This document shows, piece by piece, positions 26,901 through 38,880 of a DNA stretch of 64,000 nucleotides. How positions within the stretch are numbered: position 1 is the first letter of the stretch; every line of letters begins with the position of its first letter. The stretch covers positions 118,296,001 through 118,360,000 of the forward strand of contig NC_082711.1 in NCBI RefSeq assembly GCF_030144855.1, read 5' to 3'. This DNA is from Hypanus sabinus. Lineage: Eukaryota. The translations under genes were made by a program, and so were the position numbers. The notes under the pieces were generated by a model, which made no database searches, was not told the origin of the DNA, and saw only the letters and a list, made by a program, of their open reading frames with translations.

Positions 26901-27655
26901 CTTTGGTTCCCCTCCCCCCTTGTATCAAGTTTAAGTCCACTGGAGCCTCTCTAGCAAACCTACCTGCAAGAATATTTGTCCCACTCCAGTTCAGATGTAA
27001 ACCATCCTGCCAGAACAGGTCCCACCTTCCCTGGGAATCTGCCCAATTATCTATAAATCTGAAGCCCTCTCTCCTGCATCATGTCTTCAGCTACGTGTTG
27101 ATCTGCGCTATCTTATTACTTCTAAACCCATCTGCACGTGGCACTGGTAGCAATCCTGAGATTGCTATCCTGGAAGTCATGTCCTTTAATTTGGTGCCTA
27201 ACTCCCTAAACTCACCTTTCAGGACCTCCTCACTCTTCCTACCCATGTCATTAGTACCTACATGGACCACGACATCCGGCTGCTCACCCTCCCTCTTGAG
27301 AATACTGAGAACTCGATCCGAGATATCGCAGACCCTGGCACCAGGGAGGCAACAGACCATCTGGGATTCTCGATCTCTTCCACAGAACCTCCTATCTGTC
27401 TCCCTAACGATCGAATCCCCTATCACTACTGCTCTCCTCTTTTCCCTCCTTCCCTTCTGAGCTGATGGTCCAGTCTCGGTGCCAGAGACCAATCACTGCA
27501 ACTTGTCCCTGGTAGGTCATCCTCACCAACAGTATCCAAAACGGTATACTTATTATTGATGGGAACAGCCACAGGGATGCTCTGCTCATTCTGTCTAATC
27601 CCCTTCCCTTTCCTGACAGTCACCCAGCTACCTGTCTCCTGCCACTTCCCAACTG
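23931..27655 (-). mobile_element. Long CR1 LINE: ORF1 esterase (SGNH/GDSL-like), ORF2 endonuclease and RT; interrupted at 25362-25945 with loss of part of ORF2
   Basis: ORF 27091-27492 AVVIGDSIVR...VVVHVGTND; 26363-26764 VIAISETWLQ...GVYYRPP...IVGDF; 24074-25339 NYRPVSL, YMDFSKAFDKV, GVPQGS, YADDTK. Confidence 0.93.
25362..25945 (+). mobile_element. Non-autonomous retroposon with (GAATCT)n tail
   Basis: Non-coding block ending gacaataaactgaatctgaatctgaa, splitting the CR1. Confidence 0.6.
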
Positions 27656-28042
27656 GAAGATCACAATCTGTGCAAATTAGTGATAATATCTCAACCTCAC
27701 TGGCGATCAACACTGGTGCATCTCAGGGCAAGTCCTAGGTATGGAGGCCCTTTTCTCACTGTTACCATCAGGGAGGAGATAGAGAAGCCTGAAGGCACAA
27801 ACTCAGCGATTCAGGAACAGTTTTTTCCCTTCTGCCATCAGATTCCTAAATGGACATTGAACCCTTGAACACGACCTCACTTTTTTTGTTTTTATTTCTG
27901 TTTCTGCACTCTTCAATGTGAATATACTTACTGTAATGGACATTTATTTTTCTTTCCATATTGGTCATGTATTGTAGTGTACTGCTGCCGCAAAGTTAAC
28001 GAATATCACGATATATGCCGGTGATATTAAACCTAATTCTGA
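27656..28042 (+). mobile_element. Rex1/Babar-type 3' fragment
   Basis: ttaccatcagggaggagatagagaagcctgaagg...ttcaggaacag...taaacctaattctga; the same 3' end is seen at 29670-30140 and 40560-40921. Confidence 0.7.
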
Positions 28043-28049
28043 CAATATA

Positions 28050-28800
28050 GAAGGGGAGGGGTGAGAAATTACTGGAAGTTAGAGAAATCAATGTTTGTGC
28101 GATTCTCTGACAGAATATCAGGAGTTGCTCTCCAACCTGAGAGAGCTCGCACTGTGACAGTCGAGGAGGCCGATGGTCGAACTGTCAGAATGGGAGTGGA
28201 ATGTGGGTTTGAAAGGGTGGCCTCCAGGGAATCTTGCCTTTTGTGGCAGATAGAGCAAAGCTGCGACACAAAGCAGCCCCCAGTCTACATAGGGTCTCAC
28301 TGATGTAGAGGAGGCCGCACGAGGGGCACTGGATAGAGCAGATGAGCCCATCAGACTCACAGGTGAGGTGTCACCTCACCTAAAAGAAATGTTTGGGGCC
28401 CTGAAGGGTGATGCCCTTGTTCTGCTTGCAGGGATAAGTGCCATGAAGCTGATCATTGGGGAAGGGCAAGTGGACCAGGTACCCTCAGAGAGATCCATCC
28501 CCGTGGAAAACAGAGAGTGAAGGGAGGGAGAATGTGCCTTGTGGTAGGATCCTGTTGAGCATTGTGGAAGTTATGGAGAATGATCTGCTGTACATGGCGG
28601 CCCATGGAGTGATAAGGGGAGCTCTATCCCTGATACGGTGGCAGGAAGATAGACTGAGGTGGATACCGGGAAATGAAGAAGATGTGAGTGAGGGCAACAT
28701 TGTCGGTGGAGGAAGGAGAACACTGTTCTTTGAAGAAAGAGGACTCTTCAGATGGTCCGGAACGGAAAGCCTCATCATAGGAACAGATGTGGCAGAGATG
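28050..28800 (-). mobile_element. Penelope-like element fragment (GIY-YIG region)
   Basis: The reverse complement parallels 36700-37500 and ends ...NIDFSNFQ*. Confidence 0.8.
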
Positions 28801-29669
28801 GAGGAACTGAGAAAGGGGAAGAGTCAGGATTCCTGGAAGAGTAGGTTCTCTGTAGCTGTGCATGTGTATGTGTTCTGCATCATAGTGACGCCATGCTTGG
28901 ACGATCATGTGGTGTGGGTGAAGCTCACCCCACTATGCATGTGGGTAGGGTGCAGCTCACTGTCTCTTTGACATGTAACTGGTGGAGGACAGCTGATTTT
29001 CAATCATCTCATCTAACTGAGAACTTATCTGGGTCCCACACTGACAAATTGATAGGAGGTAGCTTTTGAAAGTCACCAGCCACAAGGGTTTTAGTCATGA
29101 CTGTTCCAAGTATTTTCCAATAAGGGCCGAGCACTGGTTGTAAACCAACTGGTGATTTCCATGCCATGGTCACCTTGCTCCCACCCCACGTCTCTCCTGC
29201 CAAGATCCAGAAGCAGATGGTGGATTTTCTGTGTGGCAAGGATTTCTGATATAGTTCTGAGACTCCTGATTGAGGAGAGTGGTCAGTCACGGGTGTGCTT
29301 CTAAAACCAGGTGGCAGCTCTCTGAATCTGGACCCTGCAGATCCCTGTATGTTGAGCATCTTCCCAGAGTGTAGTCACTCCTGATGCATTTCTTTCCCCA
29401 GGAATAGGGCTGAAGGGCTCTTTTCTCAGCTCTGTGTTACATTATGACGCCAGGCCCTCAGGACAACAAGCGGCTCCCAGTGGCGAGCACCTGTTTCCCT
29501 GTTAAATCTGCCTGCCTATCACTGGAATCAGGGAATCCCTACCTCCAGGTACTGCGACTTGACAGGGAAGGAGTGAAATGCTTGAAGAGCGAAGCTGCAC
29601 AGCACCAAGTCTTCTAGTGGATGATTTTGGTTTCCATGTCACCTTGTGATAAGAGATTTCTACATATTT

Positions 29670-30140
29670 TTACAGATATACTGTGGAGACATTCTAACAG
29701 GTTGCATCACCATCTGGTATGAAGGACCATTGCAAAGGATTGGGAAAAGCTGCAGATGGTTGCAATCTCAGCCAGCTCAGTCATGGGCACCAGACTCCTG
29801 AGTACTGGGGACACCTTCAAAAGGTGACAGTTAAACAAAGGAGATATCCATCATTAAGGATCCTCATTACCCAGGACTGGCTCTAATCTCATCGCTGCCA
29901 TCAATGAAGACATTTTAGGAACACCTTCCTCCATCAGCTTTCTGAATGGACGGTGAACCAACTCATGAACACTGCCACACTATTTGTTTTGCTCGCTTTT
30001 TGCACTACTTGTTTAATTTTCTTAATGTATTTTATATTCTATATATAAATAATACACAAGTGTCTTACTGTGACTTGGTACTTGACTGCACTGCGACCAC
30101 AAAACAACATATGCCCGTCATATTAAACCTGATTCTGATT
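29670..30140 (+). mobile_element. Rex1/Babar-type 3' fragment
   Basis: cagatatactgtggagacattctaacaggttgcatcaccatctggtatg...attaaacctgattctgattc. Confidence 0.7.
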
Positions 30141-31068
30141 CCAATCAGGGGTCTCATGACCATTGTCTGCTCCCAACTGGACAGACTCCCATTTTCCAGG
30201 AATTGCTTCTTGGCCTGAGAGTCCTCAGAGACAGTCTTATACAATTATGGGCTGCTTCTTGCAAATGCCTTGTATCCACATGGAGGCATTTCCTGTACAC
30301 CCTAACTGTTCACCGTCATCTCCCCCATCTCTGGCCATTGTTCTGTGTCCTGGATATAGCTATATGGGACCTGGGGTGGGGTGTGTGCTGGTGGAAGCAG
30401 TGCTGTGCAGTAGAATTTTAATTTTATATTCACCTGTGGACTCATGGGTTCCTGTCTTTTTGTAGCCTGGATGAATATATGTTCCGTGTACAAGAAGGTG
30501 TGTCTCAATTCAGTATTTGATGTTTGCCTGGACTTAATCCCTGAACAAAGTGTGGCCAGATGTGAAGGGAGGGAGACCTCCTCATCATTCTGTTCATGAG
30601 CAAGGTGGCCATTCCTAGTGCAGACAATATCCCATCGAAAGCTCCACCTGAACCCACAGCCTGCCCATCATCCGAGGATATATCCATTCATGGATGTTAA
30701 ATTAGAAGAAGTAAGCATTGTCTGCTGGAGACTTTCAAGGAGCAGTGGGCTCCACAAAGCTGGGTCCATTCTAGGAATGGGACAAATGCTTTAATCAAGC
30801 TTTGCCTAAAATAAGTGGGGAAAATATTGGGTACAGAATAAACCCCTCTCTCCAGTGATCTGTCAAACACTGCCAAGATACGTCAGATCTAGAGTAAAGC
30901 TCTTCTTTGCTGTCCCACCACACACTCTCAGCACAAGATTCAAAGTGAAGCTCTCTGTACACTGTCCCACCTAATGCTTCCAAGATACGGGCTCGATACA
31001 GACTGAAGCTCCCTCTGCAGGGAAACAACACCCTCAGAATAACCTGGGTTCTTTACTCTGACACTCAC

Positions 31069-31353
31069 CAGATGTGTCCAGTTTGCAGATGTCCTTCAGC
31101 TGGATCTCTGCCTTTCCATTACTGATGGGGTTCCTGGCCTCACATTTGTACACAGCGTCCTTGACCTCTGCAGTGTGATGAACCTCTAGCATATTTCCGA
31201 GTACCCAGATGTGCCGCGTGCTGTCATTTACCAAAGTTTCTCCTTCCCACCACCACTTGAAGCTGGTGGGGTCACCTGAGGTCACGGTGCAGGTCAAGGT
31301 GAGGTTGCAGATCCCAGTGGTCTGAACTGTGATGTTTGCTCCTGACACAAGCT
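31069..31353 (-). CDS. IgC2-domain exon of a CD2/SLAM-family receptor (285 bp, phase 1-1)
   Basis: Acceptor ctctctgtcccaacctcag and donor G/gtgagt; encodes (E)LVSGANITV..CNLTLTC..FKW..YKCEARNPIS..DICK, the four-Cys pattern of SLAM/CD2 domain 2. Confidence 0.88.
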
Positions 31354-31917
31354 CTGAGGTTGGGACAGAGAGATGCAAGATGAGTAAAGGAAATCTTTCT
31401 GGACACTTCAATCACCAACTTCCCCATCCCATGCTGAACAGTCCCAAGTGAACATAAAGCTGATCCCTGTTCATATCCCCCCACCCATTTAACCCTTCAC
31501 TCATCTTCCATTCAGCCAGTTGCTGCTAGAGGAAGTTCCCACATGTGCTGTGCCCTCCATCCCAAAAATTGCCCAGGCTCATCCACAAGCACTCAGCTAT
31601 GTCTTGTTGATGGCTCTGTATGCTGGGAATTCTCTCAGTTCCATGTCTTTTGTTGCTCCTGAATCTGGACCAAGAGCAGTAACCATGGGACTGTGACTGG
31701 CACAGAGCTAGACTGGAACAGTGTGCAGTGTTCCAGAGTGAACCTGACACTGGAGATCCTGGGTCACACACCTCCTCCCCCATTCATCAGCTCACAGACC
31801 AGGGCCATGGGGACGTTGTTTCCCATTGCACATTCTGAGAAGGGAAACGAGGCAGAGTGGGGAGTAGGATGCAGTGATGGGCAGTAATTTGGGATGACAA
31901 ATTCAGCCTTCACTCAA

Positions 31918-32240
31918 GGGCAGCACTCCAAGTACAGCTGCAGCTTTGCAGAGCTGGAGACCGAGGTTCAATCCTGATCTTGGCTGGTGTCCGTGTGGAA
32001 TTTGTATGTTCTCTGTGGAATGGCTTTGGTTTCCCCCGGGAGCTTTGGTTTCCTTCACATGTCAAAGTCATTAGGGTAGGGAAGCTAATTAGACATTGGA
32101 CATGCATTGCCACTGGTCTGTATGTCTAGAGCAGGTTGATGAGAATGTGGGAGCAATTAAAAATGGAATTAGTGCAGGATTAGTGTGAATGTGCGATGGT
32201 CAGCGTGGATCAAGGGCTTAATGGCTTTTTGTGTTCTGAT
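31918..32240 (+). mobile_element. tRNA-derived V-SINE/HE1-like SINE
   Basis: B-box-like ggttcaatcc followed by a degenerate ggtttcccccggg...ggtttccttcaca V-core. Confidence 0.7.
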
Positions 32241-35200
32241 CATGGGCTAGAGGGCTTTTCCTGTTCCGTATATCTGATAGGTTTTTCCCGTTCTGTATAT
32301 CTACAGGGCTTTTCCTGTTCCTTATATCAAAAAGACTTTCTCTGTTTATGCATGGGAGGGCAGGGAGCTGGGGGGACTTTGGGTTCTAACATTTAACAGT
32401 CTTTGGGGCATTTTTCTTTTCATGGATGGTTGCGATGAAAAAGATTTGGAGCAGGGATGTGAGTGAATGGCTGATTATTCGGAGCGAAGGGAGTTCTTTA
32501 CTACTCGGGGTAAAAGAGAGGTGAGGCTGCGCAGGCACATGACATCAGCCAATAGTGCGCGAAAGGTTTAAAAAGAAGACCGCCGTATCCAGCGGGCAGT
32601 GGAGTAAGATGCAGCAGAGTGACAGGGCTTTGGCGGTAACGGGACGAGGCGAGGTAGGTTTAACTGTGTTAATTGCGGAAAGGAAGTAGTACGTGTGTGA
32701 GGCCAGTTTTCTGTGCTCGGTGTCAGATGTGGGGTATCCTGGAGTCTCCTAACCTCCCGGACGGCCATATCTGCACCCCGTGTGTCAAGCTGCAACTTCC
32801 CTAACTCTGAGTTAGGGAACTGGAGAGGCAGCTCGATGAACTTCAACTAGTCAGGAGAGCAATGAAGTGATAGAAAGGAGTTATAGGCAGATTGTCACAC
32901 CAGGGCCATGGGAGATGGACAAGTAGGTCACAGTCAGGAGGAGGAAGGGGAAGAGTCAGGTATGAGAGAGTACTCCTGTGGATGTACCCCTTGATAATAA
33001 GTACTCCTGTTTGAGTACTGTTGGTGGGGACAGCCTACCTGGGGGAAGCCGCAGTGGCCAGGCCTCTGACACAGAGTCTGGCCCTGTGGCTGTGAAGGGT
33101 AGGGAAGGGAAGAGGAAGGCAGTAGTGATAGGGGGTTCCATAGTTAGGGGGTCAGACAGGCAATTCTGTGGTCGCAGGAAAGAAACTCAGATGGTAGCTT
33201 GCCTCCCAGGTGCCAGGGTCTGCGATGTTTCAGATTGCGTCCATGATATCCTGCGGTGGAACGGAAAACAGCCAGAGGCCATGGTAAATATTGCTACCAA
33301 TGACATAGGTAGGAAAAGGGAAGAGGTCTTGAAAAAAGACTACAGCAGTTAGGAAGGAAGTTAAGAAGCAGGACCACAAAGGTAGCAATCTCGGGATTAC
33401 TGCCTGTCCCACTCGACAGTGAGAATAGGAACAGGATGAGGTGCAGGATAAATGTGTGGCTGGGGAATTGGAGCAGGGGGCAGGGATTCAGATTTCTGGA
33501 TCATGGAACCTCTTTTGGTCAGGTGTGACCTGTACAAAAAGGGACCGGTTGCATTTGAATCTCAGGAGGACCAATATCCTGGGGGTAAGGTTTGCTAAGG
33601 ATACTGGGGAGAGTTTAAACCAGAATTGTTGGGGGCTGGGAACCGAACTGAAGAGACTGGGGAAGAGGAGGTTGATTCACAGATAGAGAAAGCTTGTAGA
33701 TGGTGTGAGAGGGAGGATAGGCATGTGATAGAGAAGGGATGTGCTCAGACCGAAGGTTTGAGATGTGTCTATTTTCATGCAAGGAGTGTTGTGAAGTTCG
33801 TGGAGTTTTTGGTGTGTTCAGGAAGGTTTCTTGACACAGTATGTAGATAAGCCTACAAGAGGAGAGACTGTACTCAATTTGGTATTGTGAAATGAACCTG
33901 GTCAGGTGTCCGATCTCTCCGTGGGAGAGCATTTTGGAGATAGTATTCATAATTCTGTCTCCTTTACAATAGCAATATAGAGAGGTAGAAACAGACAAGT
34001 TAGAAAATTGTTTAATTGGAGTAAAGGGAATTATGAGGCTATCAGGCAGGAAATTGGAGGCTTAAATTGGAAATAGATGTTCTCAGGGAAAAGTACGGAA
34101 GAAATGTGGCAAATATTCAGGGGATATTTGTATGGAGATCTGTGTAGGTACATTCCAATGAGACAGGGAAGTTATGGTAGGGTACAGGAACTCTGGTGTA
34201 CAAAGGCTGTAATAAATCTAGTCAAAAAGAAAAGAAAAGCTAACAAAAGGTTCAGAGAGCTAGGTAATGTTAGAAGTCTAGAAGATTATAAGGCTAATAG
34301 GAAGGAGCTTAAGAAGGAAATTAAGAGAGCCAGAAGGGGCCATGAGAAGGCCTTGGCGGGCAGGATTAAGGAAAACCCCAAGGCATTCTACAAGTATGTA
34401 AAGAGCAAGAGGATAAGACTTGAAAGGATAGGACCTATCAAGTGTGACAGTGGGAAAGTGTGTATGGAACCGGACAAAACAGCAGAGGTACTTAATGAAC
34501 ACTTTACTTCAGTATTCACTGTGGAAAAGGATCTTAGTGATTGTAGTGATGACTTACAGCAGACTGAAAAGCTTGCGCATGAAAATATTAAGAAAGGGGA
34601 TGTGCTGGAGCTTTTGGAAAGCACCAAGTTGGATAAGTCACAGGGACCGGATGAGATGTACCCCAGGCTACTGTGGGAAGCAAGGGAGGAGATTGCTCAG
34701 CCTCTGGTGATGATCTTTGCATCATCAATGTGGATGGGAGAGTTTCCAGAGGATTGGAAGGTTGCAAATATTGTTCCTTTATTCAAGAAATGGAGTAAAG
34801 ATAGCCTAGGAAATTATAGACCAGTGAGTCTTATCTCAGTGGTTGGTAAGTTGATGGAGAAGATTGTGAGAGGCAGGATTTATGAACATTTGGAGAGATA
34901 TAATATGATTAGTAGTCAGCATGGCTTTGTCAAGGGCAGGTCGTGCCTTACAAGCCTGATTGAATTTTTTGAGAACGTGACAAAAATCATTGATGAAAGA
35001 AGAGTAGTAGATGTAGTGTATATAGATTTCAGCAAGGCATTTGATAAGGTACCCCATGCAAGGTTTATTGAGAAAGTAAAGAGGCATGGGATCCAAGGGG
35101 ACATTGCTTTGTGGATCCAGAACTGTTTTGCCCACAGAAGGCAAAGAGTGGTTGTAGACGGGTCATATTCTGCATGGAGGGCAGTTACCAGTGGGGTGCC

Positions 35201-35916
35201 TCAGTGATCTGTTCTGGGACCCTTACTCGTCGTGATTTTTGACCTGGATGAGGAAGTGGAGGGATAGTTTAGTAGGTTTGCTTTAGACACAAAGGTTGGA
35301 GGTGTTGTAAATAGTGTGGAGGGCTGTCAGAGGTTACAGCGGGCATTGATAGGATGCAAAACTGGGCTGAGAAGTAGCAGATGGAGTACAACCCAGATAA
35401 GTGTGAAGTGGTAGGTCAAATATGATGGCAGAATATAGTATTAATGGTAAGAATCTTGGCAGTGTGGAGGATCAGAGGGATTATGGGGTCCCAGTCCATA
35501 GCACGCTCAAAGCAGCTGAGCAGGTTGACTCTGTGGTTAAGAAGGTGTAGGTGTAGATGAAGGTATTGGCCTTCATCGATCTTGGAATTGAATTTAGGAG
35601 CCAAGAGGTAATGGTGCAGCTATATAGGACCCTGGTCAGACCCCATTTGGAGTACTGTACTCAGTCCTGTTTGCCTCACTACAGGAAGAATGTGGAAGCC
35701 ATATAAAGGGAGCAGAAGTAAATTTATAAGGATGATGCCTGTATTGGGGAGCATGCCTAATGAGAATATGTTGAGTGAACTCGGCATTTTCTGCTTGGAG
35801 GGACGGAGGATGAGAGGTGACCTGATAGAAGTGTATAAGATGATCAGAGGCATTGATTGTGTGGACAGTCAGAGGCTTTTTTCCCAGGGCTGAAATGGTT
35901 ACCACAGGAGGAAACA

Positions 35917-37856
35917 TGAGGAAGTCTGCAGATGCTGGAAATTCAAACAACAACACACACAAAATGCTGGTGGAACACAGCAGGCTAGGCAGCATCTCAT
36001 TTCTGCATACCTTGACACTGTCTTATCCCCACTTGTTAAATCTCTTCCCACCTATGTTCGTGACACTTCTCATGCTTTGAATTTTTTCAATGATTTTAAG
36101 TTCCCTGGCCCCCACCGTCTTATTTTCACCATGGACGTCCAGTCCCTATATACCTCCATCCCCCACCAAGATAGTTTCGAAGCTCTTCGCTTCTTTTTGC
36201 ATTCCAGACCTAACCAATTCCCCTCTACCACCACTCTCCTCCATCTAGCCGAATTAGTTCTTACTCTCAATAATTTCTCCTTTGCCTCCTCCCACTTCCT
36301 CCAAACCAAGGGTGTAGCCATGGGCACCCGTATGGGTCCCAGTTATGCCTGCCTTTTTATTGGCTTTGTGGAACAGTCCATGTTTCAAGTCTATATCGGT
36401 ATCCATCCCCCTCTTTTCCTTCGCTACATCAACAACTGCATTGGCGCTGCCTCTCGTACGCATGCTGAGCTCGTCGACTTCATTAACTTTGCCTCCAACT
36501 TTCACCCTGTTCTCAAATTTACCTGGTCCATTTCCGACACTTCCCTCCCCTTTCTTGATTTTTCTGTCTCCATCTCTGGAGACGGCCTATCTACTGATCT
36601 CTACTATAAGCCTACAGACTCTCAATGCTACCTGGACTATTCCTCTTCCCACCCTGTCTCTTGCAAAAATGCTATCCCCTTCTCACAATTCCTCTGTCTC
36701 TGCTGCATCTGCTCTCAGGATGAGGCTTTTCATTCCAGGACGAAGGAGATGTCTTCCTTTTTTTAAACAAAGGGGCTTCCCTTCGTCCACCACCAACTCT
36801 GCTCTCAAACGCAACTCTCCCATTTCCCGCACATCTGCCCTCACCCCATCCACCCACCACCCCACTCGGGAAAGGGTTCCCCTTGTTCTTACCTACCACC
36901 CCACCAGCCTCCAGGTCCAACGTATAATTCTCCGTAAGTGCCGCCACCTCCAACGGGATCCCACTACCAAACACATTTTTCCCTCCCCCCCCTTCTGCTT
37001 CTCACAGGGATCACTCCCTACATGACTCCCTTGTCCACTCGTCCCCCCCATCCCTTCCCACCAATCTCCCTCCTGGCACTTATCCTTGTAAACAGAACAA
37101 GTGCTACACCTTCCCTTACACATCCTCCCTCACCACCATTCAGGGCCCCAGACAGTCCTTGCAGGTGAGGCGACACTTCACCGGTGAGTCAGCTGGTGTG
37201 GTATACTGCGTCCGGTGCTCCCGGTGTGGCCTTTTATATATTGGTGAGACCCGACGCAGACTGGGAGACCATTTCGCTGAACACCTACGCTTGGTCCGCC
37301 AGAAAAAGCAGGATCTCCCAGTGGCCACACATTTTAATTCCACATCCCATTCCCATTCTGATATGTCTATCCATGGCCTCCTCTACTGTCAAAATGAATC
37401 CAAACTCAGGTTGGAGGAACAACACCTTATATACCGGCTGGGTAGCCTCCAACCTGATGGCATGAACATTGATTTCTCTAACTTCCGTTAATGACCCTCC
37501 TCCCCTTCTTACCCTATCCCTGACATATTTAGTTGTTTGCCTGTTTTCCATCTCCCTCTGGAGCACCCCCCCACTTTCTTTCTCCTGAGGCCTCTCGTCC
37601 CATGATCCTTTCCCTTCTCCAGCTCTGTATCACCTTTGCCAATCACCTTTCCAGCTCTTAGCTTCATCCCACCCCCTCCAGTCTTCTCCTATCATTTCGC
37701 ATTTCCCCCTCCTCCCACTACTTTCAAATCTCTTACTATCTTTCCTTTCGGTTAGTCCTGATGAAGGGTCTCGGCCCAAAACATCGACAGTGCTTCTCCC
37801 TATAGATGCTGCCTGGCCTGCTGTGTTCCACCAGCATTTTGTGTTTGTTGTTGTTC
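35917..37856 (+). mobile_element. Penelope-like element (5'-truncated RT, GIY-YIG endonuclease, 3' tail) with an inverted tail copy at its left end
   Basis: LIFTMDVQSLYTSIP, KGVAMGTRMGPSYA, FLRYINN (YIDD lost), VVYCVRCSRCGLLYIGETRRRL; flanking duplication ccacaggaggaaaca (35902-35916) / ccacaagaggaaaca (37857-37871). Confidence 0.93.
37754..37789 (+). ncRNA. Minimal hammerhead-ribozyme-like motif in the Penelope tail (degenerate)
   Basis: AGTC-CTGATGA-A-GGG-TCTCGG-CCC-AAAAC-ATC-GAC. The CUGAUGA core and stems I and II are present; GAAACGUC reads AAAACAUC. Confidence 0.65.
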
Positions 37857-38614
37857 CCACAAGAGGAAACAGGCTTAAGGTGCTGCGGAATAGGTACAGA
37901 GGAGATGTCAGGGGTAAATTTTTTACTCAGAGCGTGTTGAGTGCGTGGAATGGGCTGCTGTCAAGGGTGGTGGAGGCGGATACGATAGGGTCTTTTAAGG
38001 GACTTTTAGATACGTACATGGAGCTTAGTAAAATAGAGAGACATAGGTAAGCCTAGTAATTTCTGAGGTAGGGACATGTTCGGCACAACTTTGTGGGCCG
38101 AAGAGCTTGTATTGTGCTGTAGGTTTTCTGTGTTATTTTCAGGATGTATATTGTATACATTTCTCTGACATTAAATGTACCTTTGAAACTTTTGATCATA
38201 CTTGGCTGGACCATCCATAGTACCTATAGTTTTTGCCTGTCTTGGTTTAGAATCAGGAAATAATTCATAAAGCAGAATATGTACGTTCAACCAATCCCAG
38301 CTGTGGCAGTTGGGATGGATCTGTCTAGCACTGTTCACTCTGAGCTACGGGGGTGCACGGCTGCACAGTGGCTGAAATACTCCCCACACGTAGCCTATGT
38401 TGATGCATTAACTGGAATTGGACGCAGCTAGAATAAGCTTTTGGGGACCCTGCAGCTCGTGCTCGTGTTCCCAGTATTATTTGTGTACTATTTCATTTGC
38501 ACAGTTTATCCTCTTTTGTCCTCTGGATGTTTGTTGTTCTTTGTTCTATGTCTTTTTGTGGATTCAATTGTATTTCTTTGTTTTCCAGTGGTTCACTCAC
38601 AAACACAATGAATC

Positions 38615-38880
38615 TCCCGGTAGTGTAGCAGTTTGTGAGATGCTAACGCTCAGGGCAATGGAGTTCAGTGTCCAATCCCAATGTTCTTCATTCTCCCCGT
38701 GACCGAGTGGGTTTCCTCCAGGTGCTCCGGTTTACTCCCACAGTCCAAAGCCGTACAGTTAGTTTGCTAATCAGTCATTGTAAATTCTCCTGTGATCAGG
38801 ATCATATTAAATCTGTGGGTGCTGGGGGCTGCGGATCATTGGGCCGGACGGGCCTGTTCCCCATTGTATCTCTAAGTAAG
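38615..38880 (+). mobile_element. V-SINE/HE1-like SINE
   Basis: V-core tctccccgtgaccgagtgggtttcctccaggtgctccggtttactcccaca. Confidence 0.85.

Larger units (their letters stand above)
32450..38134 (+). mobile_element. Near full-length CR1 LINE (5'UTR, ORF1 Zn finger and esterase, partly deleted endonuclease, RT, 3' tail) interrupted by Penelope
   Basis: ORF 32978-33352 AVVIGGSIVRGSDRQFCG; ORF 34077-35207 [35 protein letters not shown]; the 3' end resumes at 37857. Confidence 0.92.

Noticed and set aside
26654-27460. 268-aa plus-strand ORF and similar ORFs opposite LINE and LTR coding regions
   Set aside because: Shadow ORFs antisense to CR1 or Gypsy coding sequence, with no recognisable motifs.
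29290-29420. STYRDL (ITIM-like) in a short minus-strand frame
   Set aside because: Weak acceptor, an upstream in-frame stop, and no linking transmembrane exon; unsupported.
30795-31031. TVYREL (ITSM-like) in an ORF just 3' of the IgC2 exon
   Set aside because: Wrong phase for the C2 donor, only 54 bp away, and no transmembrane exon between them; probably chance.
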